From the human T2T-CHM13v2.0 reference genome, Homo sapiens, in assembly GCF_009914755.1 (NCBI RefSeq), contig NC_060938.1: a DNA stretch of 64,000 nt; one strand, 5' to 3'. Position numbers and translations under genes: made by a program. Below are positions 41,336-54,900 of the stretch, piece after piece (position 1 is the first letter of the stretch; each line of letters starts with the position of its first letter). A model generated the notes under the pieces. It saw only the letters and a program-made list of their open reading frames with translations. It had not been told where the DNA came from and made no database searches.

Positions 41336-42439
41336 ATTGTTTATGTTATGGTTTTATTTTTGTTGGAAGCTGGTTGAAGAAAAGATACAAATCACTGCTT
41401 AAGAGCAATTTAGCTGGTTGATCTCTAAAATCTCAGAATTCTATTCTGTGTTTCTATACTAGAAATTTATAGAGCATAACTCAGAATACCAAGCTTAAGA
41501 ATCCATCAAATTACCATATTTAGGAGTGTTTTGTGCTTGCTTGTTAATTTTATGCCTTAAATTCTAGGAAACGTTGATAGCTATATGCCTATCATCTGTG
41601 CTATTTTTCTCAATGTGATTAGTCTCTGGAAGGTTGAAATCAAAATGTTTTGGAAGTAACACCAAAGAAAATAAGTCTAGGCTTTGTTGGTTATCCCTAT
41701 TTGTTGTGAAAATGTCCTTCAGCGACTAGAGGATAACACTTGCACAGAGCACCTGCTTTCCTTGATGTCACACATTGTGTTATTTATTATATCTTGGGAA
41801 CAATAGTGTCTGCTCCAGAGGCATATTGCTGAAGTGTTTAATTATCCAAAGGCCCTTGATTTCATCAGTACCTCTGGGTCCTTGACCCCTGACCTTTTTG
41901 GCTCCAGAAAGGCTGCAGGTACAGATCTATTTGCCGGTCAACAAGCTGGTATCAAGTCTCCTCTTTGCCCCATTCCTACCCCCTTTTCAGTAAACAATAC
42001 ATTCTAATATAAAATAGATGGGATGATAGCTTATCAGGGAAACTGCCAAGACCCCAGGGTCTCTGTCTCCTTGGAAAATTACTAAGCCACATTTAATACC
42101 GTGGAAATCAACTTCCTGAAGCCCAGAATTAGCCTGCCCTTTTGGTATTAAGCAGCACTGCTGATACAATCTATACTAAAGGCAGAAGAGAAATGGGGAT
42201 CTCTACCCTACTGTCTTAAAATAAATACAGGCAAATCTGTTAGAGGAATTCATTGCATTTTAAAACTCAGAAGGATGTGAAAATAAGCATAAATAGATAG
42301 CTGCAAATGGAGAAAGGATAAATGCCTTTGGGGCAAATTCTTCATTATATAGGAATTAGAGTAGATGCTAAGAAGAATCAAAATGTTATACATGCTCTAC
42401 CTTTAAAAGTTAATTATGATTTTAAAATAATTCAGTAGA

Positions 42440-43170
42440 GTGGCTACGATTATAAGCTTTCAAGGCAGACTGCCTGAGTTGGAATCTCAGCCATGCTATT
42501 AATTAGGTGTGTGATCTGGAATAGTTACTTCCCTTGCTGTGATTTTGCTCCTGCATCTGTGAGATGGAGTTCCGGTTATCTACTGCTGTCTAACAAACTA
42601 CCCCCACCATTGAATTGCCTAAAGCAACAACCATTTTATGAAAACTAGTGATTTTGTGGGTCAGAAATCTGTGCAGGACTCTGCTGGCGGTTCTGCTCCA
42701 TGTGGCACTGATTGGGTCACCTAGTGGCATTCAGTGGGCAGCTGCTTAGTTCTGGAGGTCCATGATTTCCCTCATGGTCTGGCATCTCGACGGGGCAGCT
42801 GGAAAGCTGCGCTCAGAGCCTCTGGAGGTGGTGTCTTCAGCAGGGTAGTTGGGTTTCTTACAATGGAGGCCCGGGGCTCCAAAAGTGAGGGCACAGGAGG
42901 CAGGAAAAGGAAGCTCTTAAGGCTTGGCCCCGGAAATGGGCACTGCGTCATTTCCGCATAAACTCATGGTCAAAACAGTCACAGAGCCTGCTCAGATTCA
43001 GGGAGGGGTCTTTGACTTCACCCCTTCATGGGAGGGGTGTCAAAGAATTTGCGGCCCTCTTTAATCAACCACAGATGGGGAGTATAGTAGTGCTGATCTG
43101 ATAAAGTAATTGTGAGGATTAAATAAGACAGTATCTATAAAGTGTTCAACAGCATTCATCAGATTAAATG
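42440..43170 (+). mobile_element. MIR split by the MLT1H at 42568-43073
   Basis: AGGCAGACTGCCTGAGTTGGAATCTCAGC...CATCTGTGAGATGG, then GATGGGGAG...TTGTGAGGATTAAATAAGA. Confidence 0.75.
42568..43073 (-). mobile_element. MLT1H-like solo LTR
   Basis: Reverse complement starts TGTGGTTGATTAAAGAGGGCCGCAAATTCTTTGACACC. 5-bp TSD GATGG at 42563-42567 and 43074-43078. Confidence 0.85.
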
Positions 43171-44559
43171 TTCCGTGTGTTAGATGTTATATGTTTATAT
43201 ATACTATTTCTCTATATAAATGTATACATGTATAATTATATTTATAAAACTATATATTTATAGGCAATCTGACATGTATGCATACTATAGCTATGTAGGT
43301 AGGTGATCTATGTATAATTACATTTATATGATTACATTACAACAAAGCAGAGGCTGATGTGGATATGAACAATCCTCAAGTAATTTCTACATCAGCTTTC
43401 TTAGTATTTGCATAGTGAATCGCTTTCCTTTCTGGGGGAAATAAGAGAATCGCTGCAGAAAAAGAGATTTATTTATTGAATTGTTTTATTTTAACTAAAA
43501 CTAAACATCACTGGACACTGAAGTGACAGAACTGCTCCTGTGTGTGGACTCTCAGGAGGGGGTGGTGGCTGAGGCACTCAGCCCACTGGCCTTGAGGAAG
43601 GAAGGTCAGTCAGGCAGTATGTTTGATGGGGAACAGAGGACACTGGAGAACTATTTTACTCCTAAGAATTATTTTACTGCTTTGTGCTTTTAAGTCTCAC
43701 CTTTAAGGAGCCACATTGTAATCAATAATTGGAGAGTTAGCTTCCATGCTGAGAGACTGAGAGAAAGAAGGTAGTGGTCCTCTAAGAAGAAAAATTTCCA
43801 AATACAAAACAAGGTCACACGTGAAAAGGCTAACATGACAAATGTGCCAGCGTGTTGTAGGAAGGCCAAGGATCTAGAAAAGAAATGGAAAATCCTATAC
43901 ATAAAGACATCAGAGGCAGCCTATGCTCATGAAAAGAAAAAGGGTTAGACCAGGGAATGGGGTCATTCAAAGAACATTAAGGGGTTTCAGAAAGAATAGT
44001 TGTGCCCCAGAGGGCCACTAGGCAGAATGGGTTACATTACAAAGCTGTTAGGGTAGCATTTCAGGATGCGAGATGCACCATTTGCCAACAGAAGGGTGTG
44101 AGCAGGAAGAAACTCAAATCAGGTTTAGGCAACTCTTATAGCAGGATACCATTCTTTTTTTCTTAAAGTTGAAACTTGAAAGCATCAACTGAAAACTAAC
44201 GGAAAAGTTAGGAAAATTCTCCATTTTTCACTCCTAACTCATCTGGGTGAGTTTGTCTTTTTATACCACGGTAACATGAAAGCCATTTAAAATGATCATC
44301 CTAGAAGACAAACCACAGAAAGGTTCTTGGTTACAGCTTGTGTACTTGCATTGCTTATGAACAGTCCAGGCTCTGTCCCCTGCTGTGTAGAGGGGTCTGG
44401 TCTCAGCGCAGTCCTCTGGTCCTCTCTGGCCTCCCTGAGGTCAGCTTTGGGACTTGCACTCCTGGGTTTACTCATGTTATTTGTGAGATATAGAACTTTA
44501 TTTTTGCAAACTGTGTTAATGAGCTGATTGCCTTAATTCATTTTATTCTTCAATTGTAT

Positions 44560-45280
44560 TATCAGGTTTTTTTTCCCAATAGATTTTTATGAAGTCTTTG
44601 TAAATTAAAAAAATTGGCCCTTTTTGTATGTGTTACAAATATGTTCCCAATATGTTGTCAATTGACTTTATTTATAATATGTATATTTTCCAAATGGATG
44701 TTTAGATAAATTTGACCACACAAACATTTAAATTTCTTTTATGGTATCTAGGTTTCATGCGTATTGCCTAGAAGGGATTTCCTATGCCAAGATTGTAAAT
44801 AAATTCATCTGTTTTCTTCTATTCCTATAAGTTTATTTTAAAAAATCATTGATTAATCTGCTTTTATAATCTCATTAAAGAATCTTTGACTAGTCTGGAT
44901 TTACTTGGTATAAAGACTGAAGAAGGGGCCAGGTGCCGTGGTGTGTGCCTGTAGTCCCAGCCACTCAGGCTGCTGAGGTGGGAGGATTGCTTGAACCCAG
45001 GAGTTTGAGTTCAGCTTGGGCAACATACTGACATTCCATCTCTTAAAAAAAAAAGGCTGAAGAAGGGAGATATCTTTTTCTAAATAGATAGCTAGTTTTC
45101 CCACTGTAATTTACAGATAATTCATTTTTCTCCGTTTGATTATAATGTAAGTTCCCATGTGAATTAGAGTCTATTTCTGTATTCTCTATCCTTTGATCTT
45201 CTCATCTCCTCTTCAGCACCAACCTGTTTTTAATTATTATAGTTCCATGGAAATATTTTAATATCTAGTAGGATTCATCC
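44560..45280 (-). mobile_element. Decayed L1M(E) ORF2 fragments, interrupted by a FLAM
   Basis: TTTCTTTTATGGTATCTAGGTTTCATG, TAGATAGCTAGTTTTCCCA and GTCTATTTCTGTATTCTCTAT are antisense old-L1 motifs. Confidence 0.5.
44927..45052 (+). mobile_element. FLAM_A-like free left Alu monomer
   Basis: Single monomer plus A tail. TSD AAAG(A/G)CTGAAGAAGG at 44912-44926 and 45052-45066. Confidence 0.88.
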
Positions 45281-45284
45281 CCCT

Positions 45285-45640
45285 TATAGCTTTCCTATAT
45301 ATAAACAAGATTAGGTAAGAGAATATAATGGAAAAAAGATTCCAATTACCATATTAACTAAAAAAAAGAGTTTGGCATTAAAGAAACGTGCAGACACATA
45401 AATTTTAAAAAATTATACTTAGAACATAAGAAAAAACTTAAAAAGTTATACTGACAACATAAGAACAACATGCCTTGATATTGGATAGGAAGACTCTGTA
45501 GTGTGAAGCTGTCTGTTCTCCCTTAATAAATCCAGAGATTTAATACAATGCCAATTAAAATACCCAAAAGATTTTGAGGAAAACTTAAGAAAATGACACT
45601 AAGGCTCTCTTGGAGAAACAAATACACCAGAATGGCCAGA
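45285..45640 (+). mobile_element. Decayed L1M ORF2 fragment (sense)
   Basis: TGGATAGGAAGACTC (WIGRL)...AGATTTAATACAATGCCAATTAAAATACCC (RFNTMPIKIP). Confidence 0.7.
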
Positions 45641-45697
45641 AAACTCCCCTTCCTTTTTGTACCTTATTAAGTCTCTTTAATATTGTCATTTAGTCTT

Positions 45698-45988
<291 letters not shown>

Positions 45989-46079
45989 CATTTAGGCTTT
46001 TTAATACTTCTATAAGTCATTCATACTTGTAAAGTGACTGCAAACATTACAGAGGTGTAAAAACATTAACAGCCGACAG

Positions 46080-46270
46080 TGATTGAGGGTTCTAGATGCC
46101 AGGCCCTTTACTGAATGCAGCGTATACGAAATGTTCATGATCTCATTTCCTCCTCATAACAGCCTTACCAGGTTATCCTCCTTATTTTACAGATGGGTAA
46201 AATGAGGCACAGGGGGACTCAATAACTTTTTAAAGATTACTTAAGTGGTACCTGCAGAGCCTGGGTTTTT
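46080..46270 (-). mobile_element. MIR
   Basis: TCTCATTTCCTCCTCATAACAGCC...ATTTTACAGATGGGTAAAATGAGGCACAG. Confidence 0.75.
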
Positions 46271-46959
46271 AACCAGTACACCATTTTGTCTTCCATTACA
46301 TAAATAAGAAAAAAAGAAAAAGTCCCTCCTTCATCCAGCCTCATTTCCCAGACTCTGTGTATCCGGTTCACTTAGGTACATATAATCATGTAAAATATTT
46401 TCATAAAATAGTGTAATTTAATATATACAATGTTCTGTGCTTTATCACTAAACACTATATAAAGCGTTTCTCCATGTCAGCATATATAGAACCACAACAT
46501 TCTTTTTAGCAGTCACTCAGGATGCAGATGTACCATAATTTAACTATCCTTTATTGATGTGCATTTAGGATGTGACCTCAATTGTTATATTTCCTTTTTC
46601 CTCAATCAGTTATCATTAACTCTTATTATTTTGTTGTGATGCTCACTTCAATCTTCTCTTGTAGGCCACTGACAGATGTTTTGTAAGAACGCTGCAGTGA
46701 ATCTGCTCCACCCAGGAGCCTCTCTCTTTAACAATTTGACAGTGCAGCTCACTTTTTGAGCTGTATTTGTTCAATACAGTATTTGAGAGCTGTTCTTTCT
46801 TTTAATTCTCAAACATTATTTTGCATCTGTCTGTGCGTTTTATTTGCTCTCGAAATAGTTCCTCAAAGACGTCGTACATACTATCTGCAGTTTCTTGTTC
46901 AGTGCTACCTGCTGGTTTTTATCTTTCCAGGGTATCATAAAGAATTAATCACCATCATG

Positions 46960-47230
46960 AACATTTATTGACTGTTCCCTATGAACCAGGCCCCATGTTA
47001 ATAGCTTCATTCTCATCTCATTTCCTCCTCAAAGCAATCCAGGATACAGAAGATAATGCAGTATAAAGGTCTTTTTTTCCTCTATCTTACACATAAAGAG
47101 AGATTGAGGCACAAGGAAGTTAAGAAAGTTGCCAGAAAAAAGGACAAGAAGAAAGAAAGTTGCCTAAGACATGGAGCTGGGACTAGAACTCCATGTGGCT
47201 AACTTTTAAACCCAGCCTTTTAACCTCTGT
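46960..47230 (-). mobile_element. MIR
   Basis: AACATTTATTGA...CTCATTTCCTCCTCA...ATTGAGGCACAAGGAAGTTAAG...GAGCTGGGACTAGAACTC. Confidence 0.75.
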
Positions 47231-47783
47231 CCTTTATTGCCTCTTTTTAAAGCCATCATCATTTTCTCTGCTTTTTGGACACTAAAATGTCCTTGGGAAG
47301 AAATTCCATTCTTTCTTGATTTTCCTTTTCTTTTCTCATTGCCTTCACATTGCCTCAAACGCTTCTCATTTATTCATTTATTTGTTTTTTGGCTTCAGTT
47401 TCCATCCTTTTCCCCTTTCTATGTGCATTTCATGCTACCACAGCTGGGAGCATTTATTTTTATTTTTATTTTTTTATAAAGACTTTGGCTTTCTTCCTTC
47501 CTTTGAGTTTTCTTTGTATCATTTTTAAAATATATCCTGCCATTCTCTTATCCCTTCCAAAGTCAGGAGGGCTTCCTTCAACTTGATCATTCCTCTTACA
47601 TCCTTATTTCTTCTTGTTTGAAGAAAATTTCATCATCTGACACATACTTCTGCAAAATATCCCTCATTTTGCTAAATTATTTTCAGTTATTTCCTTATCA
47701 TTAATAAAGTAGCTGTATTTCTCTCATAGCTCAAAGTTTCTTGGTCCATTTCTCTTTGGGGGTGCTGTGTGCTAAATAAGTAA

Positions 47784-48175
<392 letters not shown>

Positions 48176-48559
48176 AATACTGTCACTTTTTCAAAAAACT
48201 CATTTGAAATTCCTTCTTGCTACTGCTGCACTTAGTATCATGTGTAGGAAGTGAGAGTTGGAAATTCTTTCTCCTTTCCCCTTCCCAATTCATCCTGATC
48301 ACCATGCATAATCTTACACAAATCTTATTAATCTTTTAAACTTCCAGATTGTATCTTTAAAAAGAGGAAAAAAAGAAAGGAAGGAATCCATCCTCCAGTT
48401 TCATTCCCTTTCTATATTGACTAGAATGATGATGTTCTTTTACTTGGCGTTTCTTTTATAATACATTTTCTTATTCATATTTAGCCTGTTTTCTTGTTCT
48501 AAAATGTTTTCTATTTTCTTCATCTCTTTAACCTCTCAGTATACTAACATCTATGTTAT

Positions 48560-48810
48560 TGGGAGGCTGTGTGATACACTAGAAAAGATCAAAGATTTGG
48601 AGCAAGATAGAACTGGTTTTGAACCTGGTTCTGCCATTTACTATCCTGTGTGACCATGAATAAACTACTGAATGTCTTCCAGACTATTTTCTCATCTTAG
48701 TGGTAAGAAAATTTACCCTGTAGTTGGATATTAGAGGTAATGAATAAAAATGTGTAGTACAATGCCTGTACATAGCAGATGCTCTACAAATGGGAGCTGC
48801 TATTATTATT
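48560..48810 (+). mobile_element. MIR
   Basis: GGGAGGCTGTGTG...GAACCTGGTTCTGCCATTTACTATCCTGTGTGACC...TGCTCTACAAATGGGAGCTGCTATTATT. Confidence 0.8.
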
Positions 48811-48982
48811 ACTGTCATTAGTGTTTATTATTAGTGGCTTTCTAGATTTATGTTATGTAACTTGGATTTAATTAGTTGTACTCCTCTCTGTTTTTTTAGG
48901 TAGTTCTTTGCATTTTCTCTGTCCTTTTCTCCCCTTTCTTCAAATCTTTGCATCTTACCTTTTACCTCTCAGGATTTCTTTT

Positions 48983-49369
48983 ACAGAACAGAAATTTATC
49001 GTCTCATAGTTCTGGAACCTAGAAGTCTGAAATCAAGGTGTTGGCAGGGCCGTGCTCTCTCTGAAGGCTCAAGAGGAGGATCCTTCCTTGCCTCTTACTA
49101 GTTTCTGGTGGTTGCTCGCAATTTTTGATGTTCCCTGGTTGGTAGACACATACTTCAGTCACTGTCTCTATCCACACACAGCAGTCTCTCTTTATGTGTG
49201 TATCTGTGTCTCTTCTTTTAAGGACACTAGGGATTGGATCTAGACCCTACAATGATCCAGTATGACATAATCTTAACTTGATTACATCTGCAAAGACCCT
49301 GTTTCCAAAAGATCACATCCATAGGTCCAACATTTTTGGGGGGCAGGGGGCACAATTCAACCCACAACA
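48983..49369 (-). mobile_element. MLT1B/C LTR
   Basis: AGAAGTCTGAAATCAAGGTGTTGGCAGGGCC...ATTACATCTGCAAAGACCCTGTTTCCAAA...CACAATTCAACCCACAACA. Confidence 0.85.
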
Positions 49370-50179
49370 CAAGGGGGAGAAAATGGGATAGATTAATACA
49401 GATATGGTGGGAGAGTGGTAGAAAGACCATACCATCAGGTTCCTCATCTATACAGTGGCCATGTGACTGCCTACCTCTCTGCCACATTAACCTTTCTGCT
49501 GATCATATGGTTACAAGGACCAGAGCTGAGGTTTGAGTAAGGGAGTCGAATTAGACAGGTCTCTGGGCTCAATGACAAACACTTGCTTTATTGGAGGTAG
49601 GTAACTGCAGCTTGTGAATTCGCCTACTGAGCAGCTATGGGCAGAAGACACAAGAGGCCAGGGTGGATTCACCAGTGAGTGGTCAAATAAGCCCTCATGA
49701 ATATTGAGAGTCTTATATGTCTTATGTTTGAGCGTATCATGAATATTCATGTTACATGGTCCGTTCCTTCTTTTTAATCATTTTATCTTCCATTCCTTCT
49801 TTTTTATTCATTTTATCTTTTTTTAACTAGAAAACGTAAGTGGAACACATGAAATATGCTCCATTTGTTTTCTATGTCTCAATATGTTGTGTGTGTGTGT
49901 ATATATATAATATATATATAAAAGCATATATCTGTTTACTATGTCTTATGAGTTTCATGTATCCCACTTATTTTCTTATCTTTTATAGCAGTATTGAATA
50001 TTCCCAAACAATACAGTAAACACACATTACAAGCATTTAAATAACAGAAAACCTCCATTGAGTCCTTCCTATATACCATCAGCACATTATAGGCATTGAC
50101 GAAGTTGATCCTAACTACAGCTCTATAAGGAGGCAGTTATTAGTGGAGTACATTTTAAACTGATTCATAAGAAACCAAG

Positions 50180-50789
50180 AAGATTTTGGTACCTGGAGGT
50201 GGGATGCCACTGTATCAAAAACTTAAAACCTGGATTTGGTCTGAGACGAGGTGGAGGGTTGAAGATGCGTGGGCCTCTAGAAGAGTGCTAGCAGAAGCCT
50301 AAAGGGCCTAGAGGAAGCTGTCAGTGAGGGCCAAAATGAAATCAAGAAAATGGTTAATGGATGCTGGAGGAAAGTGGACTCATGTAGTGGTGGAAATCTT
50401 GGTAGCAATGTTGCCTGAAGTAATGTGACAAATAAAAAATGCACTTAATGAATGCTCTAGCTAAGGAAATTTTCAGGAAGAATGTTGGAAGTGCTGCCTG
50501 GTTTCTTCTCACTCTCTATAATAAAAAGTGAGAGGAGATAGAAGAGCTAAAGAATAAACTACTAAATATAAAAAGCCAGGACTTATTGGAATTAAAAATA
50601 AGGCATTTCTCATTCCCAGCTTCTCCAGGTGGCCAGACAACTCTCAAGAAAGGGCTTCAAGCCAAAGATCAAATCCAGGATAGGATTATTAGATCCTTCG
50701 TTCAGACCTCAGGAAGATCTGGGGCACTGTGTAGTAGGGCAGTTCCCAGTAGTACTTTTCAGATAGATGAAAGTTACTCTAAGGATTTT
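50180..50789 (+). mobile_element. MLT1 internal sequence, 5' part
   Basis: GATTTTGGTACCTGGAGGTGGG start and GCTGGAGGAAAG / CTAGCTAAGGAAATTTTC / GCTGCCTGGTTTCT MaLR-internal motifs. Confidence 0.7.
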
Positions 50790-51061
50790 TTTTAAAAATG
50801 GCTACATATTTTACATATTTATGCATTACATGTTTTATTTTGTTACATGCATGGAAAGTAATGATCAAGTCAATGTATTAGGGGTATTCATCTTGAGTGT
50901 TTATTATTTCTGTGTTTGGAACAATTCAAGTCCTCTCTTCTAGATACTTTGAAATATACAATATTTTATTGTTAACTATAGTTACCCTACTATGCTGTTG
51001 AACTTTAGAACTTAAACCTTCTATCTAACTGTATGTTTGTACCCTTTAACCAACCTCTCTC

Positions 51062-51367
51062 TTTCTCTCTTTTTTTTTTTTTTTTTGAGACGGAGTCTTG
51101 CTCTGTCGCTCAGGCTGAAGTGCAGTGGCGTCATCTAGGCTCACTGCAACCTCTGCCTCCCAAGTTCAAGCAATTCTCCTGCTGCAGCCTCCCGAATAGC
51201 TTGGACTACAGGCGTGCACCACCATGCTCAGCTAATTTTTGTATTTTTAGTAGAGACAGGGTTTCGCATGTTTCCCCAACTGCTCTGGAACTCCTGGCCT
51301 CAGGTGATCTACCTGCCTCAGCCTCCCAAAGTGCTGAGATTACCGGCCTGAGCCACCGCACCCGGCC
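51062..51367 (-). mobile_element. AluS inside the L1MA 3' UTR
   Basis: Full antisense dimer. Confidence 0.93.
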
Positions 51368-51516
51368 CGATCTCTGTACTCCCCACTCCCACCCACACAC
51401 CCTTCCCAGCCTCTGGTACTCTGTAGAGTATCTTCTACTCTATATTTCCATGAGAAAACCTTTTTAAGCTCCCAGATATGAGTGAGAACATGTGATATTT
51501 GTCTTTCTGTAACTAG

Positions 51517-51986
<470 letters not shown>

Positions 51987-54900
51987 TAGGTTGAATCCAT
52001 ATCTTTGCATACTGTGAATGGTGCAGCAATAAACATGTGAATGTAGGTATGTTTTTATATGCTGATTTCTTTTCCTTTGGATAACTATTGAATATTGGGG
52101 TTGCTAGATCATATGGTAGTTCTATTTTTAGTTTTTTTGAAAAACCTCAATACTGTTTTCCATAGTGGCTGTACTAATTTACGTTTCCACCAACAGTGTA
52201 CAAGAGTTCCCTTTTCTCTGCATCCTCACCAGCATTTGTTATTTCTTGTCTTTTTAATCATAGCCATTCCAATGGGTAAGATGATGTCTCATTGTGGTTT
52301 TGATTTGCATTTCCCTGATGATTAGTGATGTTGAGCATTTTTTTATATACCTGTTTGCCATTTGTATGTTTTCTTTTGAGAAATGCCTACTATTCATGTC
52401 ATTTGCCTACTTTTAACTAAAAATATTTGTTTCACTGTTGAGTTGTTTGAATATCTTGTATATTCTGGATACTTGTTCCTTGCTAGTTTAATAGTTTGTA
52501 AATATTTTGTCCTATTCAACAGATTGTCTTTTCTTTCTGTTGATTGTTTCCCTTGCTTTGCAGAAGGTTTTTAGTTTAATATGGTTCCATTTGTCTATTT
52601 TTGTTTTTAATTGCCCATGCTTCTGAAGTCTTAGCCATTAAATCTTTGCCTAGACCAAAGTCCTGAAGTGTTTTCCCTAGGCATTCTTCTGGTATTTTTA
52701 TAGTTTGGGGCCTTTTGTTTATGTTTAAGTCTTTGATCCATCTTGAGTTGATTTTTGTATATAGCGATAGACCCAGTTACACTAAATAGGGGTCCAGTTT
52801 CATTTGTCTACATATGGATGTCCAATTTTCCCAGCAACATTTACTGAAGAGACTTTCCTTTCCCTAATGTATGTTCTTGGCAGCTGTAAAAAATCAGTTG
52901 GCTATAAATATGTGGATTTATTTCTGGTTTCTCTATTGTGTTTCATTGGTTTATTTGTGTAATTTGAAGTTAGATAGTGTCATGTCTCTAGCTTTGTTCT
53001 TTTTGCTCAGGATTGCTTTGCCTATTTGGGCTCTTTTTTTATTCCGTATGAATTTTTGGATTGTTTTTTCTATTACTGTGAAAAATGACATCAGGATTTT
53101 GATAGAGATTGCATCGAATCTGTAGATTTCTTTGGGAAGTATGATCATTTTAACAATATTAATTATTCCAAAACATGTGCATGGGATGGCTTTCCATTTA
53201 TTTCTATCCTCTTCAATTTCTTTCATCTGTGTTTCGTAGTTTTCCTTGTAGAGATTTTTTCACCTTCATGGTTAAATTTATTCCTATGCATTTTTTGTAG
53301 CTATTATACATGACATTGCCTTCTTGATTTCTTTCTCAGCTAATTAATTATCGGTGTGTAGAAATGCTAATGATTTTTGTGTGTTGATTTTATATCTTGC
53401 AACTTTACTGAATTTATTTATCTATCAGATCTATGAGTGGTTTTGGTCAAGTCTTTAGGTTTTTCTAGATCTAAGATCATATTATCTGCAAAAAGGGACA
53501 ATTGGACTTCTTATTTTCCAATTTAGGTGCTTTTAATTTGTGTCTCTTGCCTGATTGCTCTGGCTTGGATTGCCAATATCATGCTGAATAAGACTGGTGA
53601 ACGTGGGCATTCTTGTTCCAATTCTTAGAGGAAAGGATTTCAGATTTTTTCTATTTAGTATAATGTTCAAGAAGATGTTAGCTGTGGGTTTGTCATATAT
53701 GGCCTTTATTATTTTGAGGTTATGTTACTTCTATGACTAGTTTGTTAAGAGGTTTTTTTTTTTATCATGAAGGGATGTTGAATCTTATCAAATACTTTAT
53801 CTGTCTCTATTGAGATGATCATGTGGTGTTGTTTTTCATTCTTTTGATGTGACACACCATGTTTATTTATTTGCATATGTTGAACCATACTTGCATCCCT
53901 GGGATAAATCCCATTTGATCATGGTGTATTATCTTTTTGATGTGTTGTTAGATTTGGTTTGCTAGTATTTTGCTGATAATTTTTGGGTCTATGTTCATGA
54001 AAGATATGGACTTGTTTTTTTTTTATTGCATCCTTTTCTGGTTTTGGTACCAGGGTAATGCTGGCCTTGTAGAATAAGTTAGGGAGAATGCTCTCCTCTC
54101 CAATTTTTGGAATAGCTTGAAGAGAACTGTGAGTTCTTCTTTGAAAGTTTGGTAGAATTCAGCAATGAAGCCATCTGGTCTGGGACTTTGTTGGGAACTT
54201 TTTATTACTGATTCAATTTCATTACTTGTTGTTGATCTGTTCAGGATTTCTATTTCTTCCTGATTCAATCTTGGTAGGTTGTCTGTGTCCAGGAATTTAT
54301 CCATTTCCTCTAGGTTTCCAGTTTGTTAATATATAGTTATTCATAATCATCTCTGACAATTTTTCCTATTTTTGTGGTATCAATTGAAATGTTTCTTTTT
54401 TATTTCTGATTTTGTTTACTTGAGTCTTCTCTCTTTTTTTCTTGGCTAGTCCAGCAAACAGTTTATCAATTTTATCTTTTCAAAGAACCAACTTTTCATT
54501 TTGTTGATCCTTTGTATTTTTTTAGTCTCTATTTTGCTTAGTTCACTCAGATTCTTATTATTTCTTTTCTTACAACAATTTTGGATGTGGTTTGTTACTG
54601 CTTTTCTAGTTCTTTAGGTCCATCATTAGATTGCTTATTTGAATTCTTTCTACTTTTTTTTGATGTAGACATTTATTGCTATAAACTTCCTCTTAGCATT
54701 GCTTTTGCTCTATCCCATAGCTTTTGGTAGCTTGTGTTTTGATTCTCATTTATTTCAATAAATTATTTGATATTCTCCTTAATTTCTTCCTTGATCCGTT
54801 GGTCATTCAAGAGCATGTTTGTGCAGTTTCCAAGGTTTCTGTTATTAATTTCTAGTTTTATTCCATTGTGGTATGAGAAGATGCTTGATATAATTTCTAT

